This document shows, piece after piece, positions 33,348-45,946 of a stretch of DNA of 64,000 nucleotides (positions are counted from its first letter, which is position 1; each line of letters begins with the position of its first letter). Origin of the DNA: an uncultured cyanobacterium (GTDB taxonomy: Bacteria > Cyanobacteriota > Cyanobacteriia > CAKZMO01); NCBI GenBank assembly GCA_963719515.1, contig CAVRCJ010000005.1:64001-128000 (forward strand), written 5' to 3'. The translations under genes and the position numbers were made by a program. The notes under the pieces are model-generated. The model made no database searches. It was not told the origin of the DNA and saw nothing but the letters and a program-made list of their open reading frames with translations.

Positions 33348-34011
33348 TAGCCGCGATTTGGTTCGCAAAAGTTTCGTCTACGGCGAACCCCGACTCAGCC
33401 AGCGCGATCGCGGGCTCCAGGGTTGCAGCCAGGGAGCGGGTGCCGTAGCGCGACAGGGCCTCCTGCCACAGCAGCGACGTCCCCGGTACGCCGACCGCTG
33501 CGCCGCTGGAGATGCGGTGGGGAAAGGGCAGGTTTTCCTCGGGGTTGTCGGGGTCGCGGAACATCGTGGGGGAGGCAGAGGCGGGGGCCTCTTCTCTGCC
33601 GTCTAAGGTCACTACCGTGCCGTTAGCCTGTCGCAGCACCATAAAGCCGCCGCCGCCGATGCCGCAGGAAAAGGGCTCTACAATGCCTAGCGCCGCCGCC
33701 GTCGCGATCGCCGCATCTACAGCGTTGCCCCCCTGCCGCAGCACCGCTAGCCCCACTTGGGTCGCGCGGGCATCCACAGAGGCGATCGCCCCACCGCTGC
33801 CCTGGGCGACCGGGCCGAGCGGGGCTTGGGCCCGGCTGGAGAGCCCTCCGCCGATGCAGACAAGCGTGACTAGAAGGGCTAGAGCGATCGCATTAATTCG
33901 GTGCCGCACGATGGGGTAACTCCCTGGATGTTTAATCTAATGTGCAAAATGCTGTAGGCGAGTCGGGTCGCGATGGATGAGCCCGGTAACGAGACAAGGT
34001 CGCGATCGCGA

Positions 34012-34377
34012 TCAACCAGACTGGGTTTTGGCACAGCTCATCAACCAGCTCGCCACCGTAGCGCGCCGAGTCTTGCGCGGCTCTAGCTCGTCAATGGTAT
34101 ATCCCGTGAACCCCAGGTCTGTTTTGAGCAGCTGCTTATTTTCCTTAGGAATTGAGCGGGTGAGCCTGACGGTGGGCGGACGGCTGTCGGTGAAGCGGGG
34201 AGGCTCGGGGTAGGCCTCTCGCCAGTCAGGGTCCACCTGCTCACTGTTCCAGGTGGCGCTGCCTGAGTCGTAGCGATAGCCGAGGTGATGCCACACCAGC
34301 TGGTTGACGGTGTCGTCGTCTAGCTCATCCTTGAGGATGGCCCAGTAGGTGTCTGAGGTAAGGGGAGGAAGCGTCAT
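34012..34377 (-). CDS. DUF1823-like cyanobacterial protein
   Basis: LVW..LGYRY, W...YPEPP, RP.TV.LTRSIPKENKQLLK..LGF.GY. Confidence 0.8.
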   Translation of the reverse strand: MTLPPLTSDTYWAILKDELDDDTVNQLVWHHLGYRYDSGSATWNSEQVDPDWREAYPEPPRFTDSRPPTVRLTRSIPKENKQLLKTDLGFTGYTIDELEPRKTRRATVASWLMSCAKTQSG

Positions 34378-34471
34378 GGCCTAAGGGAGCGTTCTGAGTT
34401 GAAAAGGTTCGGGGCGTGAAGGTTTGAGGCGAGAGTCTATAGTTTAGCTGCTAGACGGGAAGCCCCGCGAT

Positions 34472-34952
34472 TTACCCGCTAGGGTGAGCGTCGGGATGAG
34501 AGCCGCGGGTGCTGACGGGGTTCAATGCCCCAGAAGCACCCATCTCCGGGGCGTCCTGCTGCTCAATGTACCGTTTCAGCACAGAGACAGTGACCCCGCC
34601 ACAACTGGCGATAAAGTACGATTCGTTCCAGAGAACAGACTGCCAGTAGAACTGGTCTACTCGCTCTGCGAACTCCGACCTCAGCCTGCGGCTGGAAACA
34701 GACTTCAAATTACTGACGAACTTGGGTAGCTCCATCTGCGGATAATACTGAAACAGCAGATGAACGTGGTCGGCCTCTCCGTTGAACTCAATCATCTTGC
34801 AGTCCCACTTCTCGCACAGATCTCCGACAATCTCTAGAAGTCGCCGTATCATTTCTTCGGTAAAAACCTTACGGCAGTATTTCGTCGTCAAAACCAGATG
34901 GGCCTTAAGGTCTGAAATTGAGCGACCGCTAGAAACAAAGTCATTTTTCCAT
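34472..34952 (-). CDS. tnpA: IS605 Y1 transposase, apparently with an extra base just after the ATG
   Basis: KNDFVSSGRSISDLKAHLVLTTKY, DHVHLL, YIEQQ. The ATG at 34952 is out of frame. Confidence 0.82.
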
Positions 34953-35005
34953 GGTGCATCGAAATCAGCGTATGCTATTATGATATCACTGAATTAGACG
35001 CAGTA

Positions 35006-36181
35006 GTGAAAATCACCCATCAGTACAGGTTACGCCCAACGGCTGAGCAAACGGTTACCATGACCCGATGGCTAGATATGCTTCGGGCACAGTACAACTG
35101 GTTGCTGGCTGAGCGCTTCGACTGGTGGGAGATGAACCGCTGTTCGGTCAACGCCTGCCCACTCACCTGTAGCCTTGCGCCACTCAAAGATAATCCTAAT
35201 TACTGCAGCCAGAAGGCTAGCCTAGTACCTCTCAAGCGAGAGCGACCCTGGTACAAAGATTTGCATTCACAAGCGCTTCAGGAGGTGACGAAGCAGGTAA
35301 AGCAGACGTTCGAGCGTTTCATCAAAGGTGATAGGAATGGTAAGCGTAGCGGCAAGCCTCGGTTCAAAGGCGCGGGGCGCTACAGGACGTTCACGTTCCC
35401 TCAGATGAAACCTGACTGCATCGATGGAAGTCGTATTACCCTGCCTAAGATTGGCCAGGTGAAGCTAATCCTTCATCGCCCGATACCTGATGGGTTTACT
35501 GTCAAAACGGCCAAGGTGACTCGCAAAGCAGATGGTTGGTATGTGAGCCTGTTACTGGAAAACAATGCCGTTCCGATGCTTACTCCGGATGTCGATAGGG
35601 CTAAGTCTGTCGGTGTTGACGTTGGGCTGAAGGATTTCTTGGTTACCAGTGACGGTGAGAGCGTTCCTATCCCTCAGTTCTTTCGACGCTCAGAGCGGCA
35701 GCTATCGAGACAGAAGAAGGGCTCTAACCGCTGGCGTAAGCAGGTGAATCGCATCGCCAAACTGCATCTGAAAATATCGCGTCAGCGTCGTGATTTCTTT
35801 TCTAAGGTGTGGGACTGGCTGTTTTCAAAGTACGATGTTGTCGCTCATGAAAAGCTCAACATCAAAGGACTTGCTCGAACCAGACTGGCAAAGTCAATCG
35901 CTGATGCCGCATGGGGTACATTCTTGGAGATAGGCTCTTTCAAAGCCGCGAAAGCTGGAAAGATGACCATCGCTGAGAACCCACGCGGAACCAGCATTGA
36001 TTGCTCGGGTTGTGGTGAGCGGGTACCAAAGACGCTGGCCGATCGGGTCCATAGTTGCCCATCATGCGGCTTAACGATCTGTCGCGACCACAACGCGGCT
36101 ATCAACCTATTGAATAGGGCTGTGGGACATCAAGCCCTTAATCTCTCAGGAAATGTCTCAGCAGTAGCTGGGAGTCACTGA
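35006..36181 (+). CDS. tnpB: RNA-guided endonuclease TnpB
   Basis: RuvC motifs GVDVG, HEKL and RDHNAA; zinc finger CSGC...CPSC. Confidence 0.95.
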   Translation: MKITHQYRLRPTAEQTVTMTRWLDMLRAQYNWLLAERFDWWEMNRCSVNACPLTCSLAPLKDNPNYCSQKASLVPLKRERPWYKDLHSQALQEVTKQVKQTFERFIKGDRNGKRSGKPRFKGAGRYRTFTFPQMKPDCIDGSRITLPKIGQVKLILHRPIPDGFTVKTAKVTRKADGWYVSLLLENNAVPMLTPDVDRAKSVGVDVGLKDFLVTSDGESVPIPQFFRRSERQLSRQKKGSNRWRKQVNRIAKLHLKISRQRRDFFSKVWDWLFSKYDVVAHEKLNIKGLARTRLAKSIADAAWGTFLEIGSFKAAKAGKMTIAENPRGTSIDCSGCGERVPKTLADRVHSCPSCGLTICRDHNAAINLLNRAVGHQALNLSGNVSAVAGSH

Positions 36182-36361
36182 GGAAGCCCGCGCTGTATGC
36201 GTAGCATCAGCGTCAGGAGGATGTCACAGGGTGCCTAAACGGTATCACCCCAGCTGCCGCTGTGTCAGCCCAGCTCCCCTGGCAGACAGTTTTTTACACT
36301 AGGCTTACCGAGCCATAGGGCTATCAAGCTACACTACTGGAGTTATCGCGCACTGTAGCCC

Positions 36362-36862
36362 ATGTCTTCGCGTCCTCCATCCCCCCCACCAGCAGAGAAC
36401 CATCCGGCTCTAGAGAGACTCCGCTCTCTCAGTAATCTGCTCGACAACGCGATTCAAATTCCGGGGACGGACTATCGCATTGGGCTAGACCCGATTTTGG
36501 GGCTGCTGCCTGCGGGCGGCGATGTCGTCGGCACAGTGCTGTCGGCCTACCTGATTGTAGAAGCGGCTCGGCTGCAGGTGCCCACCAATATCATCGCCCA
36601 GATGGCCTTCAACATTGCTCTTGAGACCATCGTCGGTGCGGTGCCGGTTGTGGGGGATCTGTTTGATTTTGCCTGGAAGGCCAACGCCCGCAACCTCAAG
36701 CTGCTGGAATCTCAGTTTGAGCCGTCGATGCGGTTGGCGAGGCCCAGACCTCGGCAGCGCTGGCGCATCTTTTTAATCTTGATGGCGCTGGGGCTAGTGT
36801 TGGCGCTCGTTATTGCAGTCTATGTGGTGCTGCTGCGGTGGCTGGTGAGTTTGTTTGGCTGA
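36362..36862 (+). CDS. DUF4112 family membrane protein
   Basis: LLDNAI.IPG...IGLDPILGLLP..GD; VP.VGDLFD..WKAN.RN. Confidence 0.88.
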   Translation: MSSRPPSPPPAENHPALERLRSLSNLLDNAIQIPGTDYRIGLDPILGLLPAGGDVVGTVLSAYLIVEAARLQVPTNIIAQMAFNIALETIVGAVPVVGDLFDFAWKANARNLKLLESQFEPSMRLARPRPRQRWRIFLILMALGLVLALVIAVYVVLLRWLVSLFG

Positions 36863-38052
36863 GCTGCGGCCCAGCGAATAGGCTGAATAAACGCGATCGC
36901 CGCTAGAAATGCGATCGCTCCGGTGCCGAACAGGGCAGCGGTGCCTAAGTTCGCGTTTTTGATGAAGCCGCCAAAGACGCTGGCAGCGAGCGCCGCACCT
37001 CCAAAGTAGAGGCCTGTACCCAGCCCGCCTCGATGCGGAGGCACTGCCGATAGAGCGATGGGAATGGTGCAGTTGAACACCAAGCTGAGACCGCTGCCAA
37101 CGGCGATCGCGCCCGCGACGGCAGTCCCAAGAGTTCCGGGGTAGATCAGGGCAAGGCAAAGGGCAGACAAAAGCGCTAACCCCAGCGCCATTGCTCTAAA
37201 CGCGCCTAGCCGCTTTGCCAAGGTTCCGGCGGGGAAGGCAAAGCACACGATAGTAATGTAAATAACTCCCATCACTAGATTGGGCTGGGGGGTGAGGCGA
37301 CCGAGCTGAGTAGGAAACGTCGTCAGCAACAGCTGCAGTCCCAGGGTGATGCTGAAACCGGAGGCGAACGTGGCGGCGAGGGCAGGCAGGACGAGTCTCC
37401 CCGATGGTTTTTCAGCAAGCTCACTGCTCAGGGATTGATTGGGGTTGGTAAACCGCAGCACCAGCGCTGAGCCCAGCATAGCCAACGACCCCAGGGTAAA
37501 GGCGAGCAGCGGCCCCACCCGCAAGATAGCATCTCCTGCCAAAGGCGCTAGGGCACCGGCAACACCCCCCACAAGGGTAAGAATGCTGGCCGCTTGAGGC
37601 TGGCGGGTGGCGATCGCATAGCGCCCCAGCAGCGAAAGCACCGGGCTACGGAACACAGTCATGGAGAGCGCCCACAGCACCATGGCGGTGGGTAAGAGCC
37701 AGCGGGTGGCGGCGGTGGGGCTTCCGGCTATAAGCGTCAGGGGAATGCCTAAAAAGCAAACCGAGGCCAGGACAATGCCGCTGGCAATGAAGGGAAACCG
37801 ACTTCCCACCCAGCGCTGACTTTGGTCAGACAGACTTCCCATGATGGGTTCCATCACCATTGCGGCTCCCGCCTCTACAATCAGCAGTCCGGCAACGAAG
37901 CCAGTAGAGAAGCCGTATTGAGTCAGCAGCCGTAGGAGATAAAGGTTGTAGATCACCCAGGTGAGACTGATGGCACCCTGCACAGCGGCCAACCCCCAGA
38001 CTTGGGGCCAGAGAATGGGAGGCGACGGGGGTGCTGACCGATGGGATGTCAT
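36820..38052 (-). CDS. MFS transporter
   Basis: About 12 hydrophobic segments; GSLSD...R.PF motif. Confidence 0.85.
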   Translation of the reverse strand: MTSHRSAPPSPPILWPQVWGLAAVQGAISLTWVIYNLYLLRLLTQYGFSTGFVAGLLIVEAGAAMVMEPIMGSLSDQSQRWVGSRFPFIASGIVLASVCFLGIPLTLIAGSPTAATRWLLPTAMVLWALSMTVFRSPVLSLLGRYAIATRQPQAASILTLVGGVAGALAPLAGDAILRVGPLLAFTLGSLAMLGSALVLRFTNPNQSLSSELAEKPSGRLVLPALAATFASGFSITLGLQLLLTTFPTQLGRLTPQPNLVMGVIYITIVCFAFPAGTLAKRLGAFRAMALGLALLSALCLALIYPGTLGTAVAGAIAVGSGLSLVFNCTIPIALSAVPPHRGGLGTGLYFGGAALAASVFGGFIKNANLGTAALFGTGAIAFLAAIAFIQPIRWAAAQPNKLTSHRSSTT

Positions 38053-38076
38053 ATTGCTCTTCTAGGGCGGATAGCT

Positions 38077-38424
38077 TTAGGGGGCGGGGGCGGGGGGCGC
38101 TGCCAAATGGGCGTAACCATACATGCGGGGATGAAAAAGAGACTGAACCGGGCGATCGCTCTCTAGATGCTCGGCGACGATGGTGGCAACATCGCTGGGC
38201 TTAATGCGGCAGTATGAGACGCCGTCCGGCATAATGCGGACGTTGGGACCAACGCTACACTGGCTCATGCAGCCGCTTTCCGCAACGAAGACGGGAGGGG
38301 CGGTTTGGGCCTGAAACGCGTCAAACACTTCCGCAGCGCCGCTTCTTAGACAAGAGCGGTGCTGGCAAATTAAGATACAGCGGCGGTTCGAGGGCTCGGA
38401 CGGGCTGAAGGAATCCATGGGCAA
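38077..38424 (-). CDS. thioredoxin-like (2Fe-2S) ferredoxin
   Basis: C...SC...G, GCMSQC..GP, IV.EHL....V. Confidence 0.85.
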   Translation of the reverse strand: MPMDSFSPSEPSNRRCILICQHRSCLRSGAAEVFDAFQAQTAPPVFVAESGCMSQCSVGPNVRIMPDGVSYCRIKPSDVATIVAEHLESDRPVQSLFHPRMYGYAHLAAPPAPAP

Positions 38425-38743
38425 GACTCTAGACCTATGCCCATAAGCATAGGCAATCTGGAGGGCAGCTGTCTAATCTGACTCCAAATCCTCACGCAAT
38501 CCAAGCTAGACCTCTTATTGGAGAGCTCTTTGCTGAAGCGCTCTCTAAGGCCGGGAACAAATTACCCCACAAGGCTTTCCAGCGATCGCATAGTGCCTTA
38601 GTAGGGACAGCCCCAAGCGGCAGAACACCGCCTCCAACTTTCAATGGCCTAAGGCAAATCTCCGCCTCTAGCGGCTTAGACCCACAAAGCTCGCTAGCAT
38701 GGTGATAGCAAGGCACAGCATCGCCGTAGTTCAACTAGAAATC

Positions 38744-39583
38744 ATGCCAGAGGGACCAGAAATTAGGCGAGCCGCCGACAAGATTGCCGGAGTGCTAGTC
38801 AACCAAGTGGTAGTAGAGGTTTTTTTTGCCTTTGAGTCTCTCAAGCCCTACGAAGCAGTTCTCAAAGCCCAAACCGTTATGGCTGTGGAGCCTCGGGGTA
38901 AGGCCATGCTCATCCGCTTCGACAATGGCCTGAATATCTACAGCCACAATCAGCTTTACGGCAAGTGGATGGTGCGCCGCGCCCGCAGCTACCCCGACAC
39001 CAACCGGCAGCTGCGGCTCGCCCTCCACACCGCCCAAAAATCAGCCCTGCTCTACAGCGCTTCCGACATTGAGGTTCTCCCAGATGAGGCTCTAGGGGCG
39101 CATCCCTTTCTCCGCCGCATCGGTCCCGACGTGCTTGACGCCGATGTCAGCCCCTCTCAGATCACTCAGCGCCTTCAAGACAAGGCCTTCTATCGCCGCC
39201 AGCTCGCCATCCTGCTGCTCGATCAGCATTTTCTGTGCGGCTTAGGGAACTACCTGCGCAGCGAAATTCTCTTCGACGCGGGGATCTACCCCACCTGTCG
39301 CCCCACCGACTGCTCCCTCGGCTCCCTCAAGCGTTTAGGCGAAAGCGCGATCGCCCTTCCTCGCCGCTCCTACGATACAGGCGGCATCACCAATGACCTA
39401 GATCGCGCCATGGCCCTCAAAGCCGAAGGGCAGCCGCGCCGCGCCTACCGCCACTCTGTATTTGGCCGGGAGGGGAAGCCGTGCTACCGCTGCAGCACCG
39501 CTATCATTAAAGAGACCTTTGGCGGACGCCGATGCTATTATTGCCCGGTCTGTCAGCCGACAAACTGCCTGTCTGCCTCTTAG
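38744..39583 (+). CDS. nei: endonuclease VIII
   Basis: MPEGPEIRR, HNQLYG.W, GLGNYLRSEIL, C-terminal zinc finger. Confidence 0.95.
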   Translation: MPEGPEIRRAADKIAGVLVNQVVVEVFFAFESLKPYEAVLKAQTVMAVEPRGKAMLIRFDNGLNIYSHNQLYGKWMVRRARSYPDTNRQLRLALHTAQKSALLYSASDIEVLPDEALGAHPFLRRIGPDVLDADVSPSQITQRLQDKAFYRRQLAILLLDQHFLCGLGNYLRSEILFDAGIYPTCRPTDCSLGSLKRLGESAIALPRRSYDTGGITNDLDRAMALKAEGQPRRAYRHSVFGREGKPCYRCSTAIIKETFGGRRCYYCPVCQPTNCLSAS

Positions 39584-39596
39584 ATCCATTTCCCGT

Positions 39597-40649
39597 ATGA
39601 CTCACAGCTACTTCCGCCCCAACGTCGACGCGATGACGGGGTACGTGCCCGGAGAGCAGCCCAAGCCCGGCACCTCCATCCTCAAGCTCAATACCAACGA
39701 GAACCCCTACCCCCCGTCACCAGAAGCGATCGCGGTGCTGCACGACTTTGATGGCGAGCGGCTGCGGCGCTACCCCCACCCCTACGCCGACGAGTTTCGT
39801 CAAGCCATCAGCGCGGTGTTCGGGGTGCCGCTCGACTGGATTATGGTGGGCAACGGCAGTGATGAGATTCTCAACGTGATTATTCGGGCCTGCGCTGAAG
39901 GACCCCGTAAGGTGGTCTATCCGACGCCCACCTATGTGCTGTACAAGACTCTAGCGGAAATTCAGCCTGCGGAGGTGGTGGAGGTGCCTTACCTGAGCGA
40001 ATATAGGCTGCCCGTAGATGCTCTAGCCGAAGCTGATGGGGCAATCACCTTCATCGCTTCCCCCAATAGCCCCTCGGGCCACGTCGTGCCCCTAGAGGAC
40101 CTGCGGCTTCTCGCCTCACGACTCTCCGGCATTCTGATGGTAGATGAGGCCTACGTGGATTTTGCAGAGGATTCGGCGCTGCCGCTGGTGCAGGAGTTTG
40201 ACAACGTGATCGTCAGCCGGACGCTGTCCAAGGGATATTCCCTGGCGGGGCTGCGGCTGGGGTTTGGCATCGCCCAGCCTGCGCTGCTGAGCGGCCTGTT
40301 CAAGGTAAAAGACAGCTACAACATCGACGCGATCGCCTGCGCGGTGGGGGCGGCGGCCATGCGGGACCAGGACTACAAAAACGCCTGCGTTGAGAAGGTG
40401 AAGCGGTCCCGGGGAACGCTCGCGATCGCGCTGGAGAAGCTGGGATTTGAGGTGCCGGAGTCCCACGGCAATTTTTTGTGGGTGACGCCGCCGAGCGGTA
40501 ATTCGGAGGCAATTTACCTAAACCTAAAGGAAAAAGGGCTGCTAGTGCGCTACTTCAAGCAGCCTGATCTAAACCAAAATCTGCGGATTACGGTGGGGAC
40601 TGAAGCGCAAAATGAGCAACTGCTGGCGCTGCTGGGGCCAATAGTGTAA
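39597..40649 (+). CDS. hisC: histidinol-phosphate aminotransferase
   Basis: KLNTNENPY, GNGSDE, DEAY, RTLSKGYSLAGLRLG. Confidence 0.93.
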   Translation: MTHSYFRPNVDAMTGYVPGEQPKPGTSILKLNTNENPYPPSPEAIAVLHDFDGERLRRYPHPYADEFRQAISAVFGVPLDWIMVGNGSDEILNVIIRACAEGPRKVVYPTPTYVLYKTLAEIQPAEVVEVPYLSEYRLPVDALAEADGAITFIASPNSPSGHVVPLEDLRLLASRLSGILMVDEAYVDFAEDSALPLVQEFDNVIVSRTLSKGYSLAGLRLGFGIAQPALLSGLFKVKDSYNIDAIACAVGAAAMRDQDYKNACVEKVKRSRGTLAIALEKLGFEVPESHGNFLWVTPPSGNSEAIYLNLKEKGLLVRYFKQPDLNQNLRITVGTEAQNEQLLALLGPIV

Positions 40650-40764
40650 TGCGGTTCAGGTTGACTTTGATCTATTCCCTTACAAAGCCACAAAATAGGA
40701 GCAGACGATTGCACACCAGGTAACTGAGACCCAAAGACCCTATGCCCATGCTGGCAAACCGCCT

Positions 40765-41367
40765 ATGCAGTCATCAAAACCACGTCCAGATTCAGTCTTG
40801 AGGCTAGAACCAAGCACGCTGAAGCGTTGGTCGGTGCATGAGTACCATCGCATGAGCGAGCTTGGATTTCTTGATATTGACGAACGGACTGAACTGATTG
40901 ACGGATACATCACGCTGATGGCTGCTAAAGGCACACCACATGTCACCGCGCTTCACCTGTTGGCCAATGCGTTGCGCAATCAGCTGGGTGATGCTGCCCT
41001 GGTGCGCACCCAAGATCCAATTTTTCTGGGCGATTTCTCGGAACCTGAACCTGATTTGGCCGTTGTTCAAGGAGACATACTGGATTACGCCGAGCAGCAC
41101 CCTCACCCTAATCAGATTCATCTTCTCGTGGAGGTCGCTGATTTGACGTTGAAGCAGGACTGCGAGGTGAAAGACAAGCTCTATGCTCGAGCGGGTATCC
41201 AAGATTACTGGGTATTAGACCTCAAAAATCGCCAGCTCCATCTGTTTCGTGGTCCGTCTTCGAAGGGGTACAATCACCATCTGATTCTTGCAGAACCGGA
41301 GCAGGGGTCTCTTTTGGCTTTTCCTGGTGTCAGGCTGGCGCTCTCGTCAATTTTGCCGCCTGCATAG
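40765..41367 (+). CDS. Uma2 family endonuclease
   Basis: ELIDG, SEPEPDL, LLVEVA, YARAGI..YWV. Confidence 0.9.
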   Translation: MQSSKPRPDSVLRLEPSTLKRWSVHEYHRMSELGFLDIDERTELIDGYITLMAAKGTPHVTALHLLANALRNQLGDAALVRTQDPIFLGDFSEPEPDLAVVQGDILDYAEQHPHPNQIHLLVEVADLTLKQDCEVKDKLYARAGIQDYWVLDLKNRQLHLFRGPSSKGYNHHLILAEPEQGSLLAFPGVRLALSSILPPA

Positions 41368-41525
41368 ACGGTGTCGAATTTGATTCACGGCCTGTCGGTT
41401 CATAGATGTCGGGCTGGTGTTTTTTGCTGTGCAGTCTAATTGAGTCGATGGTTTGGAACCAACATTGGTGAGTTTGCTTTCTTTTCGATGAAGCGATCGC
41501 TTCTGAGGTGATGGGGTTAGTTGTG

Positions 41526-41540
41526 GTTTCAATCCCCTTG
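41526..41540 (-). repeat. detached half of the trailer CRISPR repeat of array 1
   Basis: GTTTCAATCCCCTTG joined to 43996-44016 rebuilds a 36-bp repeat. Confidence 0.85.
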
Positions 41541-41698
41541 TATGTTTAGAAAAGGAGCGGTAGACCAACGTCCTCTAGTTCGTGATGGTCTCCATCATAG
41601 TTCGACCGTAAGCACGGCTCACCGCTCCTATCCATTCTCTGAGAACTCGAACAAAGTGCCTACGGCAGGGCAAAGCCCAACGCCAGGTTCCTTCATAG

Positions 41699-43624
<1,926 letters not shown>

Positions 43625-43995
43625 ATTGCACTCGAACCGTGCTATTCGAGCGTACTATCAGCATCTGCTTAAGCAGGGCAAGCCTAAGAAGGTGGCGATT
43701 GTCGCCTGTATGCGCAAGTTCTTGATTTGTCTCAATGCGATGGTGAAGACGAAGACGCTGTGGGATGACGACAAAGTGACGGCTCAGTTTCAGTCGAATT
43801 AGCAGCTTTCAGAGGCACAAACATACGGTAATTGTGACAGCTTAGCTTGAAGATGTGACAGTTCAGCCCTCAATTTGACGCGTGAGGAGGCTGATAGTTT
43901 GTGCTGCGCAAAATGCTTGGCTTGATGGCTCAAAGTTACTGTCGAGAACCTCGCTTTTTGCTTTGCGTCCCCTTGACGATAAACATAATCGCTTG

Positions 43996-45476
43996 CGGGG
44001 TGATGAGGTGCTGAACTCAAAACCTCGCAAAGGCTGAGGATACGTTCGCGAGTTTCAGTCCCCTCGCGGGGTGATGGAGTGCTGAACATGGCAGACTTAT
44101 TTGACTCAGCTACTGGCTGGAATTCATGTTTCAGTCCCCTCGCGGGGTGATGGAGTGCTGAACAGTCAAGATTGACGAAGTGAAAAAACGTCAAAGTCTT
44201 GTTTCAGTCCCCTCGCGGGGTGATGGAGTGCTGAACGGTTAATGCAGTCACGGGACACCTGTGACACTGAGGTTTCAGTCCCCTCGCGGGGTGATGGAGT
44301 GCTGAACACACAATGGACCGGCTAACGGTATCTAGGGAGTAGTTTTAGTCCCCTCGCGGGGTGATGGAGTGCTGAACGGGAATTCTTAAAAACTAGCAAT
44401 AACTCAGATTAAAGGTTTCAGTCCCCTCGCGGGGTGATGGAGTGCTGAACGTTTAAGGGCGAGTATTTTGCTGTTACTCCTGAAGTTTCAGTCCCCTCGC
44501 GGGGTGATGGAGTGCTGAACTCGTACTGGATAAGTTTGAAGTCAGCCTTCTGCAAAGCAGTTTCAGTCCCCTCGCGGGGTGATGGAGTGCTGAACTATCT
44601 AGAAGGCTCAAACGAGCCTAAGATTGGAGAAATGTTTCAGTCCCCTCGCGGGGTGATGGAGTGCTGAACTGTGCGACCAGCAGCGCTTACAACCCCACCC
44701 CCGTTAGTTTCAGTCCCCTCGCGGGGTGATGGAGTTCTGAACGTGATAGAACGGTATTCGGACAATTTTAGTCCAATTGGTTTCAGTCCCCTCGCGGGGT
44801 GATGGAGTGCTGAACACCCAAGGTTTACTCGATGATCGTGGATGAAGAGGTAAGTTTCAGTCCCCTCGCGGGGTGATGGAGTGCTGAACATCTGTGGCAC
44901 TTCGCCAATGACCAGGTGCCAGTCGGGTTTCAGTCCCCTCGCGGGGTGATGGAGTGCTGAACCTATCGAGACCTGAACTTTCCTGGGCTGGATCAAGAAA
45001 TGGTTTCAGTCCCCTCGCGGGGTGATGGAGTGCTGAACATCTACTGGGATGCCATGTTGTTTTAGGCAACCCGTTTAGTTTCAGTCCCCTCGCGGGGTGA
45101 TGGAGTGCTGAACTTCAAGTGCGGCAGCCAAGATTCTGGAAGGTGAGACAGGTTTCAGTCCCCTCGCGGGGTGATGGAGTGCTGAACACGAAATGTTACA
45201 GCGAATTCAATGGCAGTTAAAAGTTTCAGTCCCCTCGCGGGGTGATGGAGTGCTGAACTGAACCCAATGCAGGGAAACGACACTGTACTTGGTGGTTTCA
45301 GTCCCCTCGCGGGGTGATGGAGTGCTGAACGAAAAAGCCTGCTCCGGGGCCTGGAAGACAAGAAACAGTTTCAGTCCCCTCGCGGGGTGATGGAGTGCTG
45401 AACCGTAATGTTCAAGAGCCACTTAGAAAGCGTGGTACGAGTTTCAGTCCCCTCGCGGGGTGATGGAGTGCTGAAC
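43996..45476 (-). CRISPR. CRISPR array 1: 20 complete repeats plus the IS110-split trailer repeat, 20 spacers of 34-40 nt
   Basis: Repeat GTTCAGCACTCCATCACCCCGCGAGGGGACTGAAAC (minus strand). Leader on the right, degenerate repeat on the left. Confidence 0.98.
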
Positions 45477-45660
45477 CCTCGGCTTTTGAAAGCCTTACAG
45501 GAAGCGACCTCCAGACCCCACTTTGCAGGGGGGTCTAAATACTTTGTCAATAAGGCAATTCTCTGAGCAACTAGAAAGCTCAAAAAACGGCTGAAACCCT
45601 TACCTGACAAAGGCTTTAGGGGGGTCAACGTAATAATGCGGTTTTCAAGGTTCGGCCTAC
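45477..45660 (-). promoter_or_regulatory. CRISPR leader 1
   Basis: Similar to the array 2 leader. Motif GGTCAACGTAATAATGCGGTTTTCAAGG at 45623. Confidence 0.8.
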
Positions 45661-45946
45661 CCCCCTACACTAACACTTCAGCACAAAAGCTCTGCAGACG
45701 TAATACATTCTTTAGAATCTCCCTCAAGCGGCTCAAACTTTTACTTGACAAGACTTTGACCTCCCTCCGTATCAACAACACTGGCCCGAAAAACACTTGG
45801 TTTGTGGGGCCAGTGTCGGCGCTGCACTAGCCCCATTTCTGGAAATGCGGAAACTGCACAAAAGTGAATCAAAGATGATGAGCGCCTAGAATATCCCTAT
45901 CGATATGTCTCAATTCTAGGCGATCGCACCTGTAGCCAAGTGCCAG

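Larger units (their letters stand above)
31566..33909 (-). pseudogene. ggt: gamma-glutamyltransferase interrupted by IS200
   Basis: The N-part (GGNAVDAA, CGIGGGGF) and C-part (STTHL, LLNNEL.DF, PRSSMAP, GSPGG) rejoin as AANQGRFAAF. There is also a 1-nt shift in a G-run near the C-terminus. Confidence 0.9.
34451..36227. mobile_element. IS605-type element (divergent tnpA and tnpB)
   Basis: Related GAAGCCC(C)GCG...AGCGTC.GGA hairpins at both ends. Right end at ...GATGTCAC; left boundary approximate. Confidence 0.82.

Noticed and set aside
1..41000. Many 60-200 aa antisense or overlapping ORFs in the track
   Set aside because: They are shadows of well-supported genes in GC-rich sequence and lack motifs.
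43968..43975. TCCCCTTG in the IS110 right end as a target guide
   Set aside because: It matches the left target flank but overlaps the predicted -35 box, so it would lie outside a junction-promoted RNA. Not enough support to call.
43799..45628. ORFs with repeated FSTPSPREGTET / SALHHPARGLK peptides
   Set aside because: They are translations of CRISPR array 1 repeats.
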